This document shows, piece after piece, positions 10,701 through 19,000 of a DNA stretch of 36,528 nt. Under the pieces are notes generated by a model. That model ran no database searches. It was not told the origin of the DNA and worked only from the letters and a program-made list of their open reading frames with translations. Positions within the stretch are counted from its first letter, which is position 1, and every line of letters begins with the position of its first letter. Source of the DNA: a virus (Duplodnaviria; Caudoviricetes); IMG/VR virus record IMGVR_UViG_3300020341_000004, positions 1-36,528 of that record. The stretch is one strand, 5' to 3'. The position numbers and the translations under genes were made by a program.

Positions 10701-13700
10701 GATTCTACGCAAGACTATTTGAATTTAAATCGGATAGTTTAAATCAAAAGTATCTCAAGAAGATTAAGAATATCTTCCAAAGAAGCGGAACTTGGATTGA
10801 TGCTGCTAATCAACTTAATAGAAATAGACAGTTTATACAGTCAGAATCACTAGGTTATGTTAAAGCAACATATCCAAATCTTGCTTGGGCAAATCTGACA
10901 ACTAAATGCTATCGTGATATTGGTCTTATTATAGACGCACTAGAACACGATCTAAGGTTTGGTGGTAACCAAAAGACTATTGCTGCGGTAGAGAAGTATT
11001 TTAGAAGTGGAGTTCTTGATTACATTTCTGGAGAGTTAGAGGCAACTATCAAAACATTTGAATATGCAGTTCGTCTCTGTAAATTAGCAATGAGAAACTG
11101 GGATTATACCGACCGTCAAGTTTCTTGGGCAAATAATTCAAACGAGATTACTGTCACCGATAGTGATGATGTTGCGATTGGCATGAAAGTCTCTTCTGGT
11201 AGAGCATTCCCATCAGGAACAAAAATTACTGAGATTGTAAACGAAAGAACTATTAGGGTTGATAATAATTCAACTGCTAAAGGTGATAACAATCAGATGA
11301 CATTTATCTGGAGTGGTGCTAACCCTGGATTCTATCTAGATGCAGCAGAACTAATTGAAAAGAATAGATCTGCAATGATCACCTCAACAATTAATGCTAT
11401 TGATGCAGAGTATCCAAACTTAAATGCTAGCAATTATCCATCTAAGTGTTCTAGAGATCTAGGACTACTAATTGATGCAGTTAAGCAATGTTTAATCTAT
11501 GGTGGCAATAGAAAGGTAGTTGAATTTGCAGAGAGTTACTTTATCAATGGTGATCTTACGTTTATCAACAACGAATTGATGCAAACTGTATTTGCACATA
11601 AGCATCTTAGAGATCAAATGATTCTTGCTATGAAGAATCAGGGCACTGTTACTGATGATACCGTACAAATTGATAATATCAGTCCCGAATGTGCAGAAGT
11701 AGAAAGTAGTATTACAACTTATATTGATATCATTGAGACTCTTCTAGAAGGTGGTCCAAATAGAGTGGACATTGTAGAACCTAATCCAAACTCAACAGGA
11801 AACTGGACTACACTATCTTCATATACTAATATCAATATTCTACCATGGACTGGATTGTTAGACAAGACTTATAGAGAATGTGAAACTGTTGCTTCAGCAC
11901 TAACATCTCTATTTGAGAATATCAGAGAAACGTTGACTACTGGACCTCAAACTGCAACGGTAGCATATCCAGATTACATTGATGGCGAGAATAAAATATT
12001 TGACTTATATTATGAAGATGGTACTGCAGTTCAGACAGAACCAAATGAAAATCTATTCATCGCTCTTAGTGGTGTAATGCAACATGATGCTGCATATACT
12101 ATTGATAGATCTGTAGTTCCAAACCAAGTCGTATTTGCAACTCCTCCAATTTGGGGTCAAGGAGAAAATACTAAAACTGTTCAAGAACCACTAGCAGTAG
12201 AAAAATTCTATGCACATTCTGTAGGAAATTACATTCGTTGTGAAATTGATAAATCTGGAATTTTATCAGGATCTGCTGGTCCTTTCATAATTTTAAATTC
12301 AAAGAATAATAAAGTACAAACTATTGATGATCCTAGATTTGCATATGTCTTTATTGATGGCATCTTGCAAAGAGAAGGAACCTCTTATAGCATTGCTGGA
12401 CCTGCTATCAGATTTACAAGAAAAATCTATAACGATAATAATGTGGAGATTATTCTTCTTTATGGACGTGATATTGATCAGACAGTTACTTTATTTGATT
12501 TCCAAAGAAATACTTATTATAATGAGATGACTTTGACCTGTGATGCAGGATCTGCAAATACTTTTGATGATTGGCAGTCTTGGTATAATACATCATACGA
12601 TAGATTCCAAGTAGCATATCAGAAGATTGGTGGTGTTAAGAAGTTTATTGGTAATGTAAAAACTTATACTAATACAAGTCAATCTTTAATTATTACAATT
12701 GCTGGACCGAATCCAGATATGGATTCATCAAACATCTTCTTTGCAAGTGGTGATTATTCTGATGAATATGAATTGACAGGAACTACTAATACATTAGTTG
12801 TTGTTAGAGATGGTGATAATGACTATCGTATGCAAAGGAATTCTGCTTCGTGGTTGTATGGCACTCCGCGTGCTGATGAGTCTTTCTATGAGAGAAAGAG
12901 ATTACTAGCAAATCTAAATGCAAATGACATCATTAAAATTAATGGCGAGGATACTTACAGAAAAATTACAAAACTTCCAAGATATGTAAATCCAAAAGAT
13001 TACAATCCTGGTGATGATGTTTCCAACTCATTCTTTGGTTCAGTCACTACTTCTAATTACGCAGGCGAAACCAAAGGTGTTGGTTTAAGTGTAACATGCG
13101 AAATTGAGAACGGCAAGGTAAGTACAATTAACTGGAACAAGAAAGACCTAGATCTTCTTTACAGAGAAGGGATCAATCAAGCAACTACTGCATATGGTTA
13201 TGATACTCCGCCAATCTTGCATTTTGTTTCTGTAGATCAAACTGGTGGTGGAGCTAGAGCAGAAGTAGTGGTTACAGGTGGTCAGATTGTTGATATTGTA
13301 TTGACTAATCCTGGATTTGGATATACAAAGGCACCTAAAGTTATTACTGCTAGGTCATATGACATTGTAAAAGAATCTGGAAGAAAGATTGATACATTCC
13401 ATACTCTAGGTATTGGAACACAAATTGGTCAAAGTTCTCCTGTCTTTGTGACATCTATAATTGATCTCCTTAAAGGAGTTGATCTGCCAGTTGCGATTTT
13501 AGATCCTTCGGTAACAATTCCTGATCCATATGATATCACTTTAATTATTCAAAAGGTTATCAATACAGCACCTACATTTAATGTACGTCGTGAATATCGT
13601 TTCTTCAATGCTAATGCTGGATCTACTTCAATTGCAAATCCAACTGTACAAGTAGATGCATCTATTACTATTATCATTGAACCAAGACTACTAATAGAAA

Positions 13701-14218
13701 ATCAACCAATTGTTACAACAGCAATTACTGCAAATGAGTTGTTCCTTGAAGTTGGATTCTCTATGTGGTCAACTAAACTATTTGACTTAACATTCTTCAA
13801 TAATATAAATCATTGGGAGAATAGTATATTCATGGATCTTGGAGATATTGTCGCTCCAAGTGGCGATCCAGTATCGGAAGTTCAACTTGCCGAACTGGAA
13901 CCATATGAAATCACTTCTGATGGATCATCATCTTCCGCGTATCCATTCAACCTAGGATACTCTTCAATCAACTACTACATGTCCCAGTTAGACACTACAG
14001 ATCTTCCTGGCGAAGGTGATGCTGGTTATGTTTCCACAGGTGCGGTTGTCTATGCAAATACTGCAAGGTTCCCATCATCAGGAACAATTTTGATAGGAAG
14101 AGAGCGTATCTCATACACATCTAAACTATCAGATCGTTTTGTTGATTGTACAAGAGGTGCTGACGGGTCTCCTGTTGACAGTCATACTGTAGGAGACTAC
14201 TTAAGGAAGTACCTATAA
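4793..14218 (+). CDS. gp7: Baseplate wedge initiator gp7, giant multidomain form
   Basis: Between gp6 and gp8; LLKNITDFYRAKGT near the N-terminus and ITDSFYYQDYSYLVKS...HPAGFKVFG typical of gp7; 3141 aa with many inserted repeats. Confidence 0.9.
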   Translation: MLKTANKISYLVESQLPDFINEEYELFGKFVKKYYEQLELQGQPLDIITNLETYRDIDFYETNILKQSTTLSGSLGQSDTTITVADATSFPKNGGYIKIDDEICFYAERTDTQFLEVSRGVSGNTTIGDLYTKSTFVTTQADPHVNGSTVQNISNLFLYSLVKSFEAQYLADFPEAYLKEGVDKRTLLKNITDFYRAKGTDNSIKFLFKCLIKDDPNPEVSYPRDHTLKSSESDWIQVYALRAKIATGTPEDLIGKTIVQDIEGQYASAVVDNVKYSGKYDGEDLYDIILDESTVNGTFNTSLKTELTKNITPALTVGDKVDVFSTMGWKSVGTFNIGDEQFTFEEKNVNQFTIKTRSGSGSYAAGTSVTYGANVSSGSINLLIFGLLYGLENFVESPYSNPGDVVEISKSGFLTNNVVIKDPATDQIRWKFSSNSPAIADLNSNVSAIFEDGEGYYIASSGFPSHTIGTLPPDAKDQRQLRIVRKHPITTTEIYKTSYRDVGIAINGIPFLGYKDSDVVNNGPIESINVTQRGSGYAREPFVLIDGVSDLARTKLAGQVVESVVVDVPGNYTTVPTVEILSGRNGVARAIITNGEITSIVVENAGEYYSSPPEVRIIDNAGKGRFANYRATVSNAGELTGFEKINGGSLYSQENIRVDIIPVGSGATASVSIKEWRKDRYNKNKTSLDANNGDFFENIVKSRGSGYAYYAIPSSIRPNDNGTTHSPILGFAYDGNPIYGPYGFSDALDKNSSVTRMTSSYTKNATRSTGPEVATYPIGTFINDYTYIDQYGLLDRNNGRFCVTPDYPHGTYAYFTTLDSNGDPAFPYIVGENYYSLPLDSNYNSEISQSDIPVNAKRLRVSGIANNGELALAKIDDVERGSIDSVSVIDSVNNFSVGSSLVISDVGTDGFGSQAQVSSVKGRTVSKVESQDVKCLFVELKTTAYLFNGDTITQSVTGATGKIVGDVFTGTRFALRDVTGTFNDSEVLSSSTKVLNLILDKNSSYTKGATLELSDGVNAAVASGEVLETTTNQNTVKVKVVSGTFSVSDTLFLRSSNLINTTGSKIVSIGQLSDDLIIFNIKDNVAILKTSDSHGVSVNENIDIDINPDDSNTTLTYNVRSRIYQEVVLETPGVARVLKDTGIGRIQILNGGEDYTPGTYPNIALNGGLGKDAKATIVVSSTGSVTSVEITTKGSDYAKFDLLTVGDTALSKTDPTTPQVSLSVDHVGLAATNAVLNLDSSIGITTNDYLKIGNEIVKVVSKLNDAVTVQRAQKGTTAVDHFTDAAVNTFDPGYNLSVGYQLGSTTSDPQVVSYDPTTQKLVVSYNYSKTLANINSIDLGTVFFDQSADQRLVQIKSVSDPISCFEFSETTANFKRNINLDLKEGYKYIFDTSHSSMTGVNFDVSPSKNLNLQTLEKTTTATSVILKFGFGPALATNAYTNKIETPYRKYFYFDGLGNVKSEDGVINLIKDPLQGSKKAIYVTTTEIVYDTVIPATNDGSGSISYTTESRLAIGAINKVQVTNIGRDYKKVPVVKAVQPTSSYSATATCGIDSGRIVSVSVDSSGKNYSKPVAVCSGNAKFTVISDQGRVTGIEIVDSGSGYTTAPTITIAESDVECYINSSNIGVPRNINVINVGGSFHGDNTLGSTFRSNYSLVISNFAKDSFAIGETVIQKFNNVEVARARITDVRDGSNVLTVDRVQGVFRELTDIVGLARNNTARLESIRYTEFSPQIKTYYDNQGSFKSDAGKLSDQNQRITDSFYYQDYSYLVKSKTSIDSWRSLIKSTTHPAGFKVFGEVMVESASDVSMQADTKTTTTSIVQLWNPNVNKVSVIRTQKKVTQSIALMENLNVEKGVGSVAIEAFNTSEVRAKEVRLANDWVSQSGGYIYKGNAFDGAFTDNGNLEGTTTFTLVDEDNNVVRPYNEQALTITLDGVFQEPGIAYTISGDKITFAQPPLGKSTKDGQESPGVRFYARLFEFKSDSLNQKYLKKIKNIFQRSGTWIDAANQLNRNRQFIQSESLGYVKATYPNLAWANLTTKCYRDIGLIIDALEHDLRFGGNQKTIAAVEKYFRSGVLDYISGELEATIKTFEYAVRLCKLAMRNWDYTDRQVSWANNSNEITVTDSDDVAIGMKVSSGRAFPSGTKITEIVNERTIRVDNNSTAKGDNNQMTFIWSGANPGFYLDAAELIEKNRSAMITSTINAIDAEYPNLNASNYPSKCSRDLGLLIDAVKQCLIYGGNRKVVEFAESYFINGDLTFINNELMQTVFAHKHLRDQMILAMKNQGTVTDDTVQIDNISPECAEVESSITTYIDIIETLLEGGPNRVDIVEPNPNSTGNWTTLSSYTNINILPWTGLLDKTYRECETVASALTSLFENIRETLTTGPQTATVAYPDYIDGENKIFDLYYEDGTAVQTEPNENLFIALSGVMQHDAAYTIDRSVVPNQVVFATPPIWGQGENTKTVQEPLAVEKFYAHSVGNYIRCEIDKSGILSGSAGPFIILNSKNNKVQTIDDPRFAYVFIDGILQREGTSYSIAGPAIRFTRKIYNDNNVEIILLYGRDIDQTVTLFDFQRNTYYNEMTLTCDAGSANTFDDWQSWYNTSYDRFQVAYQKIGGVKKFIGNVKTYTNTSQSLIITIAGPNPDMDSSNIFFASGDYSDEYELTGTTNTLVVVRDGDNDYRMQRNSASWLYGTPRADESFYERKRLLANLNANDIIKINGEDTYRKITKLPRYVNPKDYNPGDDVSNSFFGSVTTSNYAGETKGVGLSVTCEIENGKVSTINWNKKDLDLLYREGINQATTAYGYDTPPILHFVSVDQTGGGARAEVVVTGGQIVDIVLTNPGFGYTKAPKVITARSYDIVKESGRKIDTFHTLGIGTQIGQSSPVFVTSIIDLLKGVDLPVAILDPSVTIPDPYDITLIIQKVINTAPTFNVRREYRFFNANAGSTSIANPTVQVDASITIIIEPRLLIENQPIVTTAITANELFLEVGFSMWSTKLFDLTFFNNINHWENSIFMDLGDIVAPSGDPVSEVQLAELEPYEITSDGSSSSAYPFNLGYSSINYYMSQLDTTDLPGEGDAGYVSTGAVVYANTARFPSSGTILIGRERISYTSKLSDRFVDCTRGADGSPVDSHTVGDYLRKYL
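6158..7297 (+). other. YHYH-like domain within gp7, split by inserted beta-repeats
   Basis: GIAINGIP, HSPILGFAYDGNPIYGPYG and LDRNNGRFCVTPDYPHGTYAYF...FPYIVG motifs; boundaries approximate. Confidence 0.7.
10799..11947 (+). repeat. Two nested alpha-helical repeats in gp7 with phycobiliprotein-like motifs
   Basis: DAANQLNRN...YPNL...KCYRDIG...DLRFGGN and DAAELIEKN...YPNL...KCSRDLG...CLIYGGN, exactly 180 codons apart, plus two closing helices ECAEVESSITTYID and ECETVASALTSLFE. The repeat is certain; the fold assignment is inference. Confidence 0.65.
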
Positions 14219-14231
14219 ATAAATATAAATA
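14214..14231 (+). promoter_or_regulatory. Tandem T4 late promoters (TATAAATA x2) upstream of gp8
   Basis: Perfect TATAAATA at 14214-14221 and 14224-14231, with an ATAAATA overlapping both. Confidence 0.85.
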
Positions 14232-14267
14232 ACTCGGATTCAGTCTTACTATACAGGCACTAGTGCT

Positions 14268-16028
14268 ATGGCAGCTATTATTTCAGAAAAATTTAGAATC
14301 TTCAATGCGAAGCAATTTCTAGAATCTTTATCAGAGGGTGCATCTGATGCGGACGCAGCGCGTACCCGAATGTACTTCTTCGTAGGAAGATCCTCTAAGT
14401 GGGATGCTTACCTAGAAATGTTCAACGTAAGCGGAACGTTTCAAGTCGGTGAGACTGTAAGCGGCGGTGGATTTAGCGGTGTAGTCGCTGCTGTCTATGA
14501 CAACAGTCTCCTGCTTAACACTATTCTTCCAACACCTACTACAACACCAGCATTTGGTACAACTATCACTGGTGGAACCAGTGGTGCTACTGCCAAGAGC
14601 GGCGTATACAGATACGGTACTGAAGATGTACCTCCAATGCCATTGGACAACTATAACGAGAAGAGATCTGTATATGAAGAACTGATTGCTGCTAAAAGAG
14701 TTACTGGACCATTTGCACGCCTCGTAGTTCCCCGTTACAACTGGAACCTTGCGCTGAATCCCAAGTTTGATATGTATCGTCCAAACTACTCCCCAACCCC
14801 AGGTGGTGGCGGAGCAATTGGTGTTGAAACTGCACTAGGATCTACATCACTATCAAATTCCAAGTTCTATGTAATGAACTCGGCATATGAAGTATTTAAG
14901 TGTCTCTACAATGGTGAGGGTCCTGCAAATCCAACTGGTCAGAACGCAACTTACGAACCTTCTTCCCAACCAAGTGCTGGTCAAGGTACATTTGCTAATG
15001 GTGTATACACAGAACCATCTGGAACTGCTGGATACATCTGGAAGCACATGTTCACCCTAGGAACAAGCGATGTTCTTTCGTTCTTATCTTCAGACTTTAT
15101 GCCTATTGCTGCAGCATCTGATCCTTCTAGAACAGCAGTTGAGGCACTAGCAGTTGATGGTGCTGTACATGTCGCTGTAATTAGAGATGCTGGAACAGGT
15201 CTTCCTGCTTCTCAAACTCTTTATACTTCAGTTATTGGAGATGGAACTGGTGCCGTAATTGAGTTCACCACTGATGGATCTGGATCTCTAGCAACTGCAA
15301 AACTAGTTGCTGCTGGTTCTGGATACACTTATGGTAATGTAATTCTAGAAACTGGAAAAGTATTTACTGATCAAGCACTAACAGCAGCTGCTGGTGCATT
15401 TGGTGGTACTGCTTCTCTAGAGGCAGTTATTTCACCTGAAGGTGGTCATGGATCTAACGCTGACGACGAGTTGTTCTCCAAGCGTGTAATGACTAACATC
15501 CGATTGACCTATGATGAAGGTCAAGGAGACTTCCCAGTAGATAACGACTTCCGTCGCATTGGTATCATTCAAGACCCACTTGAGTACGGTACTAGCACTT
15601 TTGCATCTTCTAGCACCCTACGTGGTACAAGTGTACTAAAAGTAAATGGTGCTACTGCTGATTATGTTTCAGATGAAACAATTTCACAAACTGTAGCAGG
15701 TGGTACTGCATACGGTACGGTTGTTTCTTGGGACTCTACAAATGGTATCCTGAAGTATTTCCAATCTGCTGCACTTCACACTCATGAAGGTAAGGTACTT
15801 GCCTTTGAGTCTGATGCATCTAATGCAGTTGTTGGTGTTACTTCTACCGCATCTGGCACTGTTGATACTGCACAGAATGCTGTCCTTTCCGATATCTCCT
15901 TTACTGGTGGTCTTGCAACCCCAGAACTAGAACCAAACTCTGGAGAAATCGTATACATAGAGAATAGAAGAGAGATTACTAGAGCTCCTGACCAAATTGA
16001 GGACATCAAGCTAGTAATTGAATTCTGA
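14268..16028 (+). CDS. gp8: Baseplate wedge subunit gp8
   Basis: MAAIISEKFRIFNAKQF start, FYVMNSAYEVFKCLYN, GYIWKHMF, and C-terminal SGEIVYIENR...DQIEDIKLVIEF. Confidence 0.95.
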   Translation: MAAIISEKFRIFNAKQFLESLSEGASDADAARTRMYFFVGRSSKWDAYLEMFNVSGTFQVGETVSGGGFSGVVAAVYDNSLLLNTILPTPTTTPAFGTTITGGTSGATAKSGVYRYGTEDVPPMPLDNYNEKRSVYEELIAAKRVTGPFARLVVPRYNWNLALNPKFDMYRPNYSPTPGGGGAIGVETALGSTSLSNSKFYVMNSAYEVFKCLYNGEGPANPTGQNATYEPSSQPSAGQGTFANGVYTEPSGTAGYIWKHMFTLGTSDVLSFLSSDFMPIAAASDPSRTAVEALAVDGAVHVAVIRDAGTGLPASQTLYTSVIGDGTGAVIEFTTDGSGSLATAKLVAAGSGYTYGNVILETGKVFTDQALTAAAGAFGGTASLEAVISPEGGHGSNADDELFSKRVMTNIRLTYDEGQGDFPVDNDFRRIGIIQDPLEYGTSTFASSSTLRGTSVLKVNGATADYVSDETISQTVAGGTAYGTVVSWDSTNGILKYFQSAALHTHEGKVLAFESDASNAVVGVTSTASGTVDTAQNAVLSDISFTGGLATPELEPNSGEIVYIENRREITRAPDQIEDIKLVIEF

Positions 16029-16053
16029 TCAGTTGATTTAGAGATCGTGCGAG

Positions 16054-19000
16054 ATGCCCCAAAAGACTAACCTGAACGTAGCCCCATTCTACGACGATTT
16101 TGACCAGGATAAAAATTTCTACAAAGTTCTTTTCCGTCCTGGGTACTCTATTCAGGCAAGGGAGCTAACTCAGTTACAATCTATTTTACAAAATCAGATT
16201 GAACAGTTTGGCAAGTACGCTTTCAAGCAAGGCGAACTTGTCATTCCTGGTGAAGTAGGTTTAAACACTAAACTTAATTTTGTAAAATTATCATCTGTAT
16301 CTGAGATTCCTGTCAACCAGGATGGACAGATTGTATACAAAAAATACGACGTAAGTGGTCTGAAAGGACTCCAACTTAGAGGATTAACCTCTGGTGTTGT
16401 TGCGTCTGTTGTAGAGGCATATGAAGCGTCTGAGGTGGCATCTGACGTTATCTATGTTAACTATACTAACAGCGGTGATGCTGGAAATGAAGATACGTTC
16501 CGTCAAGGTGAGACTCTAGAAGTTGTTGATGGTGTTAATACTCCACTTTTAGTTGTTGGAACCGATGGTAGTGTACTTCCTACTAGTATTTCTGTTACTA
16601 ATCCTGACACAAATGAGGTAACTTCTTTAGAAAGTCCTGCAATGGGATATGCTTCTGCTGTAAAAGTAGAAGAAGGAATTTATTTTGTTAATGGTTACTT
16701 CGTAAGAAATAGCGCACAGTTGCTAGTTATTGATAAGTATTACGATAAACCATCCGCAAAGATTGGATTTAAGATTACCGAAAGTGTTCTCACTCCCGAA
16801 GAAGAGAATTCTCTATATGATAATGCTATTGGGTCAAGTAATTATACTGCACCTGGAGCACATAGATTACAAATTGTTTTAAACCTTGTCAAGTATTCTC
16901 TTGGAGAGATCACTGATAAGAATTTTATCCAGTTATTATCTGTACGATCTGGTGCTGTACAGAGTATTGTAACACAAACTGATTATAATCTACTGGAGAA
17001 TACTCTTGCTAGAAGAACTTATGATGAGTCTGGAGATTATGTTGTTGATAACTTCTCTCTAGATATCAGAGAATACTTCCAGCAAAATGGAAATCTAGGT
17101 GTTTATGGTCAAGATGCATTTGGTCTTGTTAATGGTCTTGAATTGCAAGAAGCAAAAGAAAAACTTGTAGCAAGCATTGGACCAGGAAAAGCATACATTA
17201 AAGGATACGAAATTGTCAACAAAGAGACAAAGTATCTCACAATCAACAAAGCAAGAGAGACTCTAGAAAGAGAAGATATTAGACTGAAGACAAAAGGTCT
17301 TCCTACTTATAAAGTAACAAATACATTTGGAAGCATCCCTCTTAATGCAGAAGGATCCGAGTTGACTGCATATCCAAATGTTTTCCTCTGTTCTAACTTT
17401 AACGACGGAAGTATTGGATTAAACAATACTGAAGGAACTAACGATTCAAAACAAACATTGAATCGCCGCGGCCAATTCTTTGACGTAAATTCTGGCATTA
17501 AAACCATTTACCTCAACATTGATACGTATCATGCAAACACATATTCTACACTAACTGATGCAAACTTTGAATCTACATTAGGAACTCTATGGTTTGTGCA
17601 GACTAGAACAGATGTTGGTGAACCCTCGGTTGTTAACACTGTTAAATCACTAGCATATTCTAAAGTAAATCGTATTGAAGTCAACTCAAGCACAGGAGTT
17701 ACTTTCTTAGAGTTGACTATCACTGCTAGAAAAGATATTCTAGATACTTACTTCTTAGAATACGACACTTCATCTGGATCAAAGTACAGAGAAATTTATC
17801 TCTCTCAGAATGATGCAATTAATGGTAACAATCCACTTGGAACTATCGTTGATTATAATGAGACTATCACTCCAGTAATCGGTCTAGCAAAACCAAGTAA
17901 CTTTACTTTACTAGAAAGAGGAAACGGTTTTAATGAAGACTCAGATTCTGTAATTTCCAAGGGAAGACTCCCTAACGGAGACTTTGTATACAACACAACA
18001 TTTGGGTTGTCGTATTTTGATCCTCAGTTCTTCACAAAAATTTCTTTAGATGAAGAAATTGTCGCTGATGGTAGATTTGCTTCTGGTAAGTATGTTTATG
18101 GACTAGAGAGCGGTGCTTATGGTGTTGTAGAAGGTCCTTCTGACGGTAAGTTTACCACCAATAAAACATTGATGGTAAAAACTTTATTTGGTAACTTTAA
18201 GTCTGGTGAAACTATTAGAGACGAAGATAATTTCTCGGTCAGAGTTGCAAGAGACAATACAATTTCTCACTTTATTGTTAACAATAGAGGTGGAAATTAT
18301 GTTGAGGGATCCAAGTTAAGAATTGATGGTGTTGAATTTGACGGATCTAAAGTAAATCTCAACCTAGCAAGTGGTGCTATTGTTGCTGCTACTGTTGTTA
18401 ATAGAGATTTGTTTAAAGCAGAGTATTCAAGACCTCCTATTATTGATGTAATTCAAGGCACTGGTGGGGGCACTCCTTCTGCTGCTGTAATTACTCCAGT
18501 ATTAGTAAGAAATTCTATTGTCACTTATACACCTCAAAATGTAAAATCTTTCTTCTGTCAGTATGGATCTGGCAATGCTAACACATTTACTTCCGATGTA
18601 GAGGTATCCAAAGAAAGATTTGCAGAAAGTGTATCTATTACCGATTTTACTTTCAGTGGATCTCAAGGAAGAAAGTATATTGAATGTAATGGATTTGGTG
18701 GAGATGCAACTAAATTTGTACAGCAAGGAGATCTAATTCAGTTCTCAGATTCTACTGATACTATTATTAGAGCACTTGTACAATATTCTACACAACCCGA
18801 AGGTGTACTTAAGTCTCGTATTTACCTTGATAGATCTCTACCAGAAGATGTAAGCAACAGCAGTGTTGTAAGAGTTCGCCCTTCAATTACTAATTTTAAT
18901 CAAGGTACTTTACTATACAAGACTGGTTCTAGTCAAGTAAGTTCTATTGTTGCTGACAGTGAAGATTCTAAGATTGGGTATTATCTAAGAAGAGATTTTG

